Source: an uncultured candidatus Porisulfidus sp. (lineage in GTDB: Bacteria; Pseudomonadota; Gammaproteobacteria; Poriferisulfidales; Poriferisulfidaceae). Taken from it: 64,000 nucleotides of DNA. The stretch's first letter is position 1. Each line of letters begins with the position of its first letter. Location of the stretch: contig OZ220480.1 of assembly GCA_965116025.1 (NCBI GenBank), positions 1,184,001-1,248,000 on the forward strand, given 5' to 3'. The notes under the pieces were generated by a model. The model saw nothing but the letters and a program-made list of their open reading frames with translations, ran no database searches and had not been told where the DNA came from. This document shows, one piece after another, positions 10,053-18,200 of this stretch. Position numbers and translations under genes: made by a program.

Positions 10053-10958
10053 GTGAAAAATTGGAAATTCATCGCCGCCTTAGCGGCGGTTCTGGCCGGT
10101 CCTGTCATGCCGGCCCATGCCGAGATCGATCTCTCGGCGAACTTCGGCATCATGTCCGATTACATCTACCGCGGCTTCCACCAGAGCGATGCCGTGGCCA
10201 ACGGCGGAATCGATCTGGAGACGGGTCCGTTCTACTTAGGCGTCTGGCTCGCCGACCTCGATTCCGGCAGCGGAGTGGAGATCGACGTGTACGGAGGATT
10301 GGCTTGGGAGTTCGAGAGCGGCTTCTCGGCGTACGTCGGCTATACCGCCTATCGGTACACGGAAGACGACGACGGGACGCTTGAGGTCAAGGACAAGATG
10401 AAGGAAACCGTGGAGGATGACGGCACCGTGAAGCGACTGACCGTCTATGCGGACGCGAATTCGAACGAGTATCTGCTCACTCCTGCCAACGTGGAGAACG
10501 AGAACCTGACCGGCGTGGAGAAGCCGGACGGTGTCGCGACTCTTCCAGCTTTCGGCGATCTGACGAAGCTCACGGTCGAGGAGTGCGTGGGCGGCGGGTT
10601 CGACCAGGACTATGATGAGATCAACCTGGGCGTGGGGTACGCCATGGACGATTTCTCGGTCAGCCTGGACTACGCGATCGGCGAGCATGAGAATGGTCAT
10701 ACATGCGGTAGCGAGGACAATGACTATGACATCGCCACGCTAACTCTGGACTATAAGGGCGCGTACGTGACGTTCGGGACTTACGGCATCAGCGAGGATG
10801 ACGTGGACAAGGGGGAGCCGGAAGGCGACTACTTTGAAATTGGCTACGCCACCACGATCCACGATCTGGACCTCGCCGTGTATCTGGTCGATTCCGATGA
10901 GGACATCGACGACGAGACCCGTCTTGGAATGAGCGTGGGCTACGCGTTCGGGCTGTAA
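10053..10958 (+). CDS. TorF/TIGR02001-type putative outer-membrane porin with a large loop insertion
   Basis: Signal peptide ending AHA; SDYIYRGFHQS, GGID, FYLGVW, EIDVYGG motifs; aromatic C-terminal strand VGYAF; GTG 10053 after GAGGGG (ATG 10038 is an alternative start). Confidence 0.8.
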   Translation: MKNWKFIAALAAVLAGPVMPAHAEIDLSANFGIMSDYIYRGFHQSDAVANGGIDLETGPFYLGVWLADLDSGSGVEIDVYGGLAWEFESGFSAYVGYTAYRYTEDDDGTLEVKDKMKETVEDDGTVKRLTVYADANSNEYLLTPANVENENLTGVEKPDGVATLPAFGDLTKLTVEECVGGGFDQDYDEINLGVGYAMDDFSVSLDYAIGEHENGHTCGSEDNDYDIATLTLDYKGAYVTFGTYGISEDDVDKGEPEGDYFEIGYATTIHDLDLAVYLVDSDEDIDDETRLGMSVGYAFGL

Positions 10959-10992
10959 CCCGTCCGTCGCTCGGAGATATCCGGAATCGGGG

Positions 10993-11030
10993 AGAGGCCC
11001 GCCCATGCGATGGGCGGGCCTCTTTCTTCT
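10993..11030 (+). terminator. Rho-independent terminator
   Basis: AGAGGCCCGCCCAT-GCG-ATGGGCGGGCCTCT followed by TTCTTCT. Confidence 0.8.
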
Positions 11031-11099
11031 GGAGCTATCTTTGAAGCGCTTCGTCGTGAGCCAGCGCGTGGCGCATGGGGAAGCGGTCGCGCGGAATCG

Positions 11100-11189
11100 T
11101 GGCGGAGAGTGAGGGATTCGAACCCTCGGTGCGACAAGCCGCACAACGGTTTTCGAGACCGCCCCGTTCGACCACTCCGGCAACTCTCC
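11100..11189 (-). tRNA. tRNA-Ser(CGA)
   Basis: GGAGAGTTGCCGGAGTGG...GCGGT-CT-CGA-AA-ACCGT, long variable arm, GGTTCGAATCC, 3' CCA. Confidence 0.97.
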
Positions 11190-11292
11190 ACCCTATAGCG
11201 TATCATCTATCCAGGATTGGCCCGGGGCGCCGCGTGGCGTTTCATGTAAAATGCGATCTTCCGAATGGCCAAGGCGGATGCCGCTCCCACAT

Positions 11293-12546
11293 ATGAACTT
11301 ACAAGAAAACACCGCGGCGCGACCCGCGCCATCGTTCGTTCGGCATTCCCTGCTGGGGTGTTTGGCGTTGCTTCTAATGGCCTGCGGAAGCTCCGGAAGC
11401 AAGACCTTGATACCGAATGAAACGGTGACCTCCCCGAATGAACAGACGCAACGGCACGCCACGGTCAAGCACGCGATTCCAGCCACGAGCATCGCCTCTG
11501 CGAGGGAGAAATTCACTGGCGCCACGGAACTCTCGCTTAACGCGGCGCAACTCGCTAGCAACAGACTCATAATCATTAGAAAAGCTGGCCGTTATTCGAG
11601 CACGGGCGCTTTGCTGGCGAGGACCACGGATGCTGACGCGACTCCCCCCACGGTTGAGCACGTTGCGGTGGAAGCCACCTGCGCGGAGGGAAGCGGCCCC
11701 ACGAGACCGAAGTGCGTCTTTGGAATGGATGGTCTGCGCAACGCGGTCACGAACCATCTGGGCTTGACGAATGAGGATGATCAGGGGGAGAACGATGTCG
11801 GATTCCTGAACTCGTCCTTTGATCGCGAACCCATCATGTATTACAAGGATGTCGCGCTGTCGCAAGTGCGAGGGAAGGGAACCGACACGAAAGACAAAGC
11901 GGGGGATGATCCGGACGAGAACGCGTACGAATACGTGGGTTATGACGGCATGTTGATCCACAGCATGTTTTTTGTCGGGATCCATAAATTCTTCGATGAC
12001 GACGAGGAATTGATGCACGTGCGCCTCGGGAATGCCTCGATCGGAAAGATCTACGACCAGGAATCCGACACCACCGGCATCCAAAACCCGAATCTCAGCC
12101 TGACCGGAACCGGCGTCATGGTCGGCGCGGAAATCAAGCAGAAGACCTTGGAGAACCACCTCGTGCAAGGTGACGTGGCCATTGATTACGATCATACCGA
12201 TTCGACGGTCGATATTACCGTCACGGGCATAAAAAGGCTGTTGGGAACCGATCCCGCTTGGTACGCGGCCTCCGCCCGAACGGGCGCCAGCAATCCGCTC
12301 AAATGGTCGGGATTGAGCGTCGAGAATTCCAAATTCACCGCCACGGGTTCGGGGAAGAAGATACAGGGGTCGTTCTATGGAACTCCGAGCACCAGCGAGG
12401 GTGATGATCCCGACAATGGAGCGTATGAGATCGGAGCTGCTTTCCATCACATTGAGGCTTCGCACGCCACCGAGGCCAGATATTCGATTTTCGGCGCTTT
12501 TGGCTCTAAGCTAAGTCCCCCCGAAACCAACGGAGGCGGGTCGTGA
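11293..12546 (+). CDS. Surface lipoprotein with TbpB-like C-terminal beta-barrel
   Basis: Lipobox LLMA-C followed by GSSGS; C-terminal IQGSFYG...EIGAAF...IFGAFG pattern; start codon uncertain (11251/11278/11293). Confidence 0.65.
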   Translation: MNLQENTAARPAPSFVRHSLLGCLALLLMACGSSGSKTLIPNETVTSPNEQTQRHATVKHAIPATSIASAREKFTGATELSLNAAQLASNRLIIIRKAGRYSSTGALLARTTDADATPPTVEHVAVEATCAEGSGPTRPKCVFGMDGLRNAVTNHLGLTNEDDQGENDVGFLNSSFDREPIMYYKDVALSQVRGKGTDTKDKAGDDPDENAYEYVGYDGMLIHSMFFVGIHKFFDDDEELMHVRLGNASIGKIYDQESDTTGIQNPNLSLTGTGVMVGAEIKQKTLENHLVQGDVAIDYDHTDSTVDITVTGIKRLLGTDPAWYAASARTGASNPLKWSGLSVENSKFTATGSGKKIQGSFYGTPSTSEGDDPDNGAYEIGAAFHHIEASHATEARYSIFGAFGSKLSPPETNGGGS

Positions 12547-12626
12547 TGGATGCGGAAGGAGAGGGGCAGGTGGCGCGAGACGCTTCCGCCAGGGTATCCA
12601 GATTCCCGAAACGGAGCCTCGACGAT

Positions 12627-12700
12627 TGGCTGGGGGAGAGGGATTCGAACCCCCGCTGGCGGAGTCAGAGTCCGCAGTCCTGCCACTAGACGATCCCCCA
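12627..12700 (-). tRNA. tRNA-Gln(CTG)
   Basis: TGGGGGATCGTCTAGTGG...GCGGA-CT-CTG-AC-TCCGC...GGTTCGAATCC...GCCA. Confidence 0.97.
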
Positions 12701-12748
12701 GCGGCACGGTTAAAATTATACGCTCATAGAATCAGGAGGATTTTCGTG

Positions 12749-12988
12749 ATGGCTGAAGAATCTGGTAAGCCAGATGCCGAAGAGCAGAGCGATTCTGGAG
12801 CTTTGCGCTTGGAGGCCCGGGAATACGACGCGATCGGCCCCATCCACTGCGGCGTGACCCGCGAGGGGCTGGTGGCGATTGGTGGGCGGCAGTTCCATGT
12901 GAAGGATGGCGAGCGGCAGACCGCCGAGCACGTAGGGATCACGGTGCGTCGCGCTGGCGAGACGTATACCTTTTCGAAGATGGAGTGA
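12749..12988 (+). CDS. Small hypothetical protein (79 aa)
   Basis: AGGAGG RBS at 12734-12739; fills the gap between tRNA-Gln and argB. Confidence 0.6.
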   Translation: MAEESGKPDAEEQSDSGALRLEAREYDAIGPIHCGVTREGLVAIGGRQFHVKDGERQTAEHVGITVRRAGETYTFSKME

Positions 12989-13031
12989 TTTCGCGCGGGG
13001 CGAATTCGTTCCCGCGCTTCCTTCGCCAGAG

Positions 13032-13931
13032 TCAAGTTGCCGCTTCGGCCGCGATCAGCGTGCCGATTCCTTCGCGCGTGAACACCTCTAGAACCACCGC
13101 GTGCGGAGTCCGTCCGTCAATGATGTGAGCGGTGTGGACGCCAGCGTTCAGCGCGTTCAGCGCGCAGCGGGTCTTGGGCACCATGCCGCCATTTATCGTC
13201 CCGTCATCAATCAGGGCCTCGACATCCGACGGCTTGAGGCTGGTGAGCAGTTTCCCCTGGGCGTTCAGCACTCCCGGCTGATTGGTCAGCATGATTAATT
13301 TCTCCGCCCGCAGCGCGACGGCCATGTGACTGGCAACCGTGTCCGCGTTAATGTTGTAGGTTTCGCGGTCGGCCCCGATCCCGACGGGCGCGATCACGGG
13401 GATCTTCCCGTCGTCTTCCAGTGCCAAGATCGGGCCGGGGTCGATACTCGCCACCGTTCCGGTATGGCCGAGATCAATGATTTCCGGCACGTTCATGTCC
13501 GGGGAGAATGGCTTCAGTTCTAATGGTTTAGCGTGAATGAAGCCGCCTCGCTTGCCCGTGACACCGGCGGCGCGACCCCCATGCCGATTGACCAGATCGA
13601 CGATCTCCGTGTTGATGATGTCGCCTAGGACCTTTTCGACCACATCCATGGTCTGCCGGTCGGTGACGCGCACGCCATCAATGAAACGGCTTTCTATGCC
13701 GAGTTCTTTCAGGCGGACGCCTATCTGGGGGCCACCGCCGTGCACGACGACCGGTTTGATGCCTACCTGCCGCATCAGCGTCAAATCGCGCGCGAAGCTG
13801 CTCTTCAACGTCTCGTCGATCATCGCGTTGCCGCCATACTTGATGATGACGGATCTTCCCGAAAACGCCTGCATGTAGGGCAGGGCCTCGACCAGAACGC
13901 GAACGGTCTGCTGGGCGGATCGCCGGTCCAT
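13032..13931 (-). CDS. argB: Acetylglutamate kinase
   Basis: EALPY, IKYGGNAM, VHGGGPQI, GVRVTD, NINADT, GGMVPK. Confidence 0.97.
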   Translation of the reverse strand: MDRRSAQQTVRVLVEALPYMQAFSGRSVIIKYGGNAMIDETLKSSFARDLTLMRQVGIKPVVVHGGGPQIGVRLKELGIESRFIDGVRVTDRQTMDVVEKVLGDIINTEIVDLVNRHGGRAAGVTGKRGGFIHAKPLELKPFSPDMNVPEIIDLGHTGTVASIDPGPILALEDDGKIPVIAPVGIGADRETYNINADTVASHMAVALRAEKLIMLTNQPGVLNAQGKLLTSLKPSDVEALIDDGTINGGMVPKTRCALNALNAGVHTAHIIDGRTPHAVVLEVFTREGIGTLIAAEAAT

Positions 13932-13981
13932 GCCGTGTTCTCGCGCGGGCGGATTGGTGAAAAATCGGTGAGGGACGAGAC

Positions 13982-14058
13982 TGGTCGGAGTGAGAGGATT
14001 TGAACCTCCGCCCCCTGCCTCCCGAAGGCAGTGCTCTACCAGGCTGAGCTACACTCCG
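13982..14058 (-). tRNA. tRNA-Pro(CGG)
   Basis: CGGAGTGTAGCTCAGCCTGGTAGAGC...CTGCC-TT-CGG-GA-GGCAG...GGTTCAAATCC...ACCA. Confidence 0.97.
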
Positions 14059-14141
14059 AAACCGGAAGCCGGGCGCGCATTGTACACCCCGAGAATCTTG
14101 AGTGCTCGCTCCGCTCCGCTCTCTGATCGTTTCAGGGCGAC

Positions 14142-14175
14142 AAAAAAGCCCGCCGACGGAGGCCGCCGACGGGCT
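14142..14175 (-). terminator. Rho-independent terminator of the Hsp20 gene
   Basis: Minus strand AGCCCGTCGGCGG-CCT-CCGTCGGCGGGCT then T run. Confidence 0.8.
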
Positions 14176-14193
14176 CGGATGGAACCCGCTGGA

Positions 14194-14631
14194 TTAGCTG
14201 GTCTGGACCGTGATGCGGCGCGGCTTGGTGGCGGCGTGCTTGCCAATCTGAATATGCAGCACTCCGTCCTTGCCATGCGCCTCAATCGCGTCCGAGTCGA
14301 TATCGTCCGGCAACCTGAAGCTGCGCTGGAACGAGCCGTACGCGCGCTCGATCCGGCGATAGCGCCTCTCGCCTTCTTCTCCGGCATCGGTCTCGGCCAG
14401 ACGCTGGCCCTTGATGTGGAGAATATCGCCGTCCACGTTGATTTCCACGTCTTCCGGCTTGATTCCGGGAAGGTCGGCCGTGACCAAATAGTGTTCGCCT
14501 CGGTCTTCGAAATCCACCGCGGGAGCCCAATCCGATTGGATCTGGCCGCCTTCGCTCTTGGCTAAGCCGCGGAACAGCTGATTCCAGTGGCCCAGCGAAT
14601 CGAACGGGTCGAAATAAATGCTTGGATACAT
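14194..14631 (-). CDS. Hsp20/alpha-crystallin small heat-shock protein
   Basis: WAPAVD, ADLPG, ERAYGSFQRSFRLP, A..KDGVL.I; GGAGGG RBS. Confidence 0.95.
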   Translation of the reverse strand: MYPSIYFDPFDSLGHWNQLFRGLAKSEGGQIQSDWAPAVDFEDRGEHYLVTADLPGIKPEDVEINVDGDILHIKGQRLAETDAGEEGERRYRRIERAYGSFQRSFRLPDDIDSDAIEAHGKDGVLHIQIGKHAATKPRRITVQTS

Positions 14632-14667
14632 GGTTGTTCCCTCCAAAATGGTTTCCTTGCTTTAAAA

Positions 14668-14696
14668 AGATAGGATTGACCGCGGAAAATTTCAAG
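14668..14696 (-). promoter_or_regulatory. Putative sigma-32 (RpoH) promoter of the Hsp20 gene
   Basis: Minus strand CTTGAAA-N14-TCCTATCT, close to the CTTGAAA-N13/14-CCCCATNT consensus, upstream of a heat-shock gene. Confidence 0.65.
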
Positions 14697-15189
14697 AGGA
14701 AGGCGAGGTCGGCTCGAATCGCTGTCGTTTCCGGTTTTTGCGCGCTTGGTCGTGCGGATACAGGCATCCGCCCATGGCGATGTAGGCTCCAGCTTTCGCG
14801 GTGAGCGCGGCCGCGATGGCGAAGCCCAAGTTGAAGGGGGCATCGGTTTGGCGGAATCGGGCCGGGCTCATAGCCCCGGTGAGCACGATGGTCTTGTCTG
14901 GGATATCGGCCAATTTCGCGGCGGATTCCGTCATGGTGTCCGTGCCGTGGATCACCACGACCCGCGAGGCGTCGCAACTCGCGGCCGCCGTATGCAAGAT
15001 TTGGCGGTCGTCGTCGGTCATGTCCAGGCTGTCTTTGCGCATCACCTCAATCAACTCCCACCCGTCTCGCATGCCGGCCTCGGCCAAGATGTCAGATGCG
15101 CAGGGGGCCCCCACACTGTACTCGCTCAATGCGTCGTGGTAGACCTTGTCAAAGGTCCCACCGCAGGTGAGGATCGCCAATCGCGTCAT
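14692..15189 (-). CDS. Short asparaginase-domain protein (N-terminal domain only)
   Basis: CGGTFDKVY, KDSLDM, HGTDTM, VLTGAM.P motifs; about 165 aa. Confidence 0.85.
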   Translation of the reverse strand: MTRLAILTCGGTFDKVYHDALSEYSVGAPCASDILAEAGMRDGWELIEVMRKDSLDMTDDDRQILHTAAASCDASRVVVIHGTDTMTESAAKLADIPDKTIVLTGAMSPARFRQTDAPFNLGFAIAAALTAKAGAYIAMGGCLYPHDQARKNRKRQRFEPTSPSS

Positions 15190-15205
15190 GCCGGGTTGAG
15201 CTAGC

Positions 15206-18200
15206 CTATCCGCCATCATGCTGGCTGTATTGACTGTAGCCCAAGCCTCGCACGTGCGGCTCTTTCCCGAGCAACGCCCGAAGGCGCGCCAATTTTTGGC
15301 GATCCCAGCCCATGGCCGTGGCCACCGCATCGTCCCAAGTCTCGCGCACGTCGCAATCGCCCTCCCGAAACTGCGGAACCATAATGCTTTTGGTTTTCGT
15401 CCAGCAGTCGGCCAAGATCCGACAGACTCGCCGTTCGCTGACATCGGGAATTCTGATGCTGTTGGTTTCCTTCGCGCTGTATGTCGGAAACGCGAGTTTA
15501 CGGCCCGGCGTCCGCATCAGTTGCAGGCGTCCCACCGTCGAATTCAGCCAGACCGCCAATGCCTTCGCCTGCGTCACCGTCAGTCCGGTGACCGGCATCC
15601 AGCCGTTACCGACGTACGCTTTCTGGCTCGCGGTCGCGGTGAGTCGCCCCGTGCTGGTGTCTTGTCCGGCAGTGACTAGCAGATATCCAGATTTTTGCAG
15701 GAGTTTTCGCGCTATCGGATATATGCCGCCATTCTCTTCGTGGGCTTGTTCATCTCGTCGCTTGGGAATCCAATATTCGTCTGGTTCGCTCCGTATCGTC
15801 ATTTGGCTGTCCGCCCCTTTTGATTTCAGGATCGGGAAACTGCCCGGCGCGCCCGCTTCCGCTGGCTCGAAATCCCCGCGGAGCACTTGTCCGGTCGCGT
15901 GCGCTTGGAAACCAGCGGCTTTGATGCTGGGGAGCGTATCGTCGCTCGCATAGTTGCTCGCGGCCTCAGCCAGCTCGGGAGAGCGCCATGCCGCGGCGCT
16001 CCAGTCGCCGGCCTCAATCCGTTCCTCTGGCCAATGGAACACCTCGCCCCAGCCATGCTCCAAGGCGCCTCGCTCGCAATGCGAGAGGCATTGATGCAGA
16101 TTCTCCACTTCCGCCTCGTCCATAGGGAGGCGGTCCAGGTTGATGAAACGAGTGGGTGATGGAGAGTCGGCCGCGTTGTCCGCGCGCTTTTTGGCGATGA
16201 TAACGCTTTCGTTAATATTGGTGTTTTGACTCATGTTGACCTGCCCGGGCTGGTGGCAGGTGAGCACCGTGTGGATGTGATAGCGCCGGGCGAGAAGCCA
16301 TCGCTCATTCAGTCCGGATGTGGCGCATAAAGTTATTGTTGGGTTGATCATCGCCAGCACGCCGTCTTCGTGAAGGCACTGATCGGCCAAAGCGACAAAT
16401 GTCGGACCGATAGAGTTGCCGCTCCCGAAATTCGCCATTTCCCTATCCGAAGCCGTTAGCTTTCGCTCTATAAGGTCCACGCGGTCGCGCAAATCTTTCT
16501 GCGTATCTTTCAGAAATTTCTCGCCCATCTTGGCCCGGTTGGTGAAAGGTGGATTCATGATGATCAGATCCGCGTTTTTCACCTCCCTCACAACGTCCTC
16601 GATTTGGCCGCTGACTCCCTCGTCTTCGCACCAGATGGCGTTGGTCCCAATTTCTTCTTCCATCAAAGCCAGTTCGCTGGACCTGGGGCTGATACCGCGC
16701 CGTCCCAACAATTCCAGCGTTCCCGCGAACACCTGCAGGCTCAGCTCGCCATCCGGGCCGTATGGCATCAAGTGCAGGCCCATCCTCTGATAGCGGATTT
16801 CCTTATGCCCGGTCGTCAATTGCGCGGCCGCGAGTTGCAGAGATATCGGGTTGATATCCAATCCCTTCAGGGTGTCTTCCACGGCCAGCCTTTGCAGCCT
16901 GGCGATCTGCTCCTCGCTCGCGTCCCGCGCCTTAGCGCGGCGTTTCATCTCCGCCAGGACGGCGGCCAAGAGCGTGCCGCTCCCGCAGGCCAAATCGACG
17001 ATCTTGCGAGACCGCAAGACGGTCTCGTCCGTCCAGTCCATATCTCCGCAAACATCTAGCGCGAGCCGGGCGACGATGGAGCCCGCTATCGGCTTGGTGA
17101 AGTAGGCCCCATCGCTGGCCTGGTTGCCCATAACCCGATTGAAAAGTGGGCCAGCGTGGTCAGCCCCTAGATTGGCATAAGTGTCCGCGATGCGCGCGGA
17201 TTCCGTTGTCAGATGGCGCAAGGCTCGCTCTAGCCCAGCCAGCTTCCGGGTATCCTCGATCAGCTCGATGACATCGACCGCGGGCCTCAGCACGGGCTTG
17301 TAATCGCGGTCCAGAATGCGGCCCCATGTCCGCCGCGCGAGGCGCACTATGTCGGGATCGTTTTTAATGATTTCCAGCTTGTCAATCTTCCCGATCCAAC
17401 GGCTCTGGGCGATGCGTTGATGGAGCATGGCCGCGTTCATCATCAGCAAGGCCGCGATAACGCAACCATCCGCCTGTTCCTCGCGCTTGCTCTCCTTCAG
17501 GTGGTTCAGGTCGAAATGCCTGTCCAGAACGGGTTGCAACCCGTCGCTTCTCAGATGGTGCGCGGCTTCCTTGATGCTGTCCTCGAGAATGTTCAGATCC
17601 CGGATGACGCGATTTTCCGCCAATCCCGATCGGGACAGCAAGTTCATGCTGATCGCGTGACCGTGCTCGCTATCCATATCGGTGAGCATTAACAGCTGTT
17701 TAGCTACCCGCTCGGTCGTCTCCTCTCGATGTTTTTTCTTCGTTTTGACGGTAGCGCGCCGTCCCGCGCTCTTGTTGATCATTTTCTGGGCCTTCGCCTT
17801 GGATTTTCCGATATCCACCGGGCCGCGGTCGCCCTTGGAGGAAGAGGTCGGTTTGGCTCGCTCAACGGTGTCGATACGGATTTCGTTTTTTCCGTCATCG
17901 TTCTTTTTGCCAGTAATGATCAAGGCGAGATCCAGCGCGTCAGCTTTCGTCGAATCGGGCAGAAGAGAAAATTCCTTATCAATGGCGCTTTGCCCATCCA
18001 GCACCCGTTCCACGGCTTTTTCCGCCTCTCCCGGGGGGCCCGCGTGCGTCCGATAGCGGATTCGTTTCGTTGCTCCATCCGCGATCGCGATCAGAGTGTG
18101 TTGCGTTTCGGGCGCTTCGGGCAGATACAGCCGCAACAACTCGGACAGGTCGTCCTCGATGCGACTGTCATGCGCGCGCAAGGCGAGCAGGATCTCTCCC

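Noticed and set aside
10740-11296. Short ORFs overlapping tRNA-Ser (likewise those over the other tRNAs)
   Set aside because: Translations of tRNA sequence, not proteins
11100-14058. tRNA-anchored prophage or integrative element
   Set aside because: No integrase, phage genes or duplicated tRNA 3' ends seen
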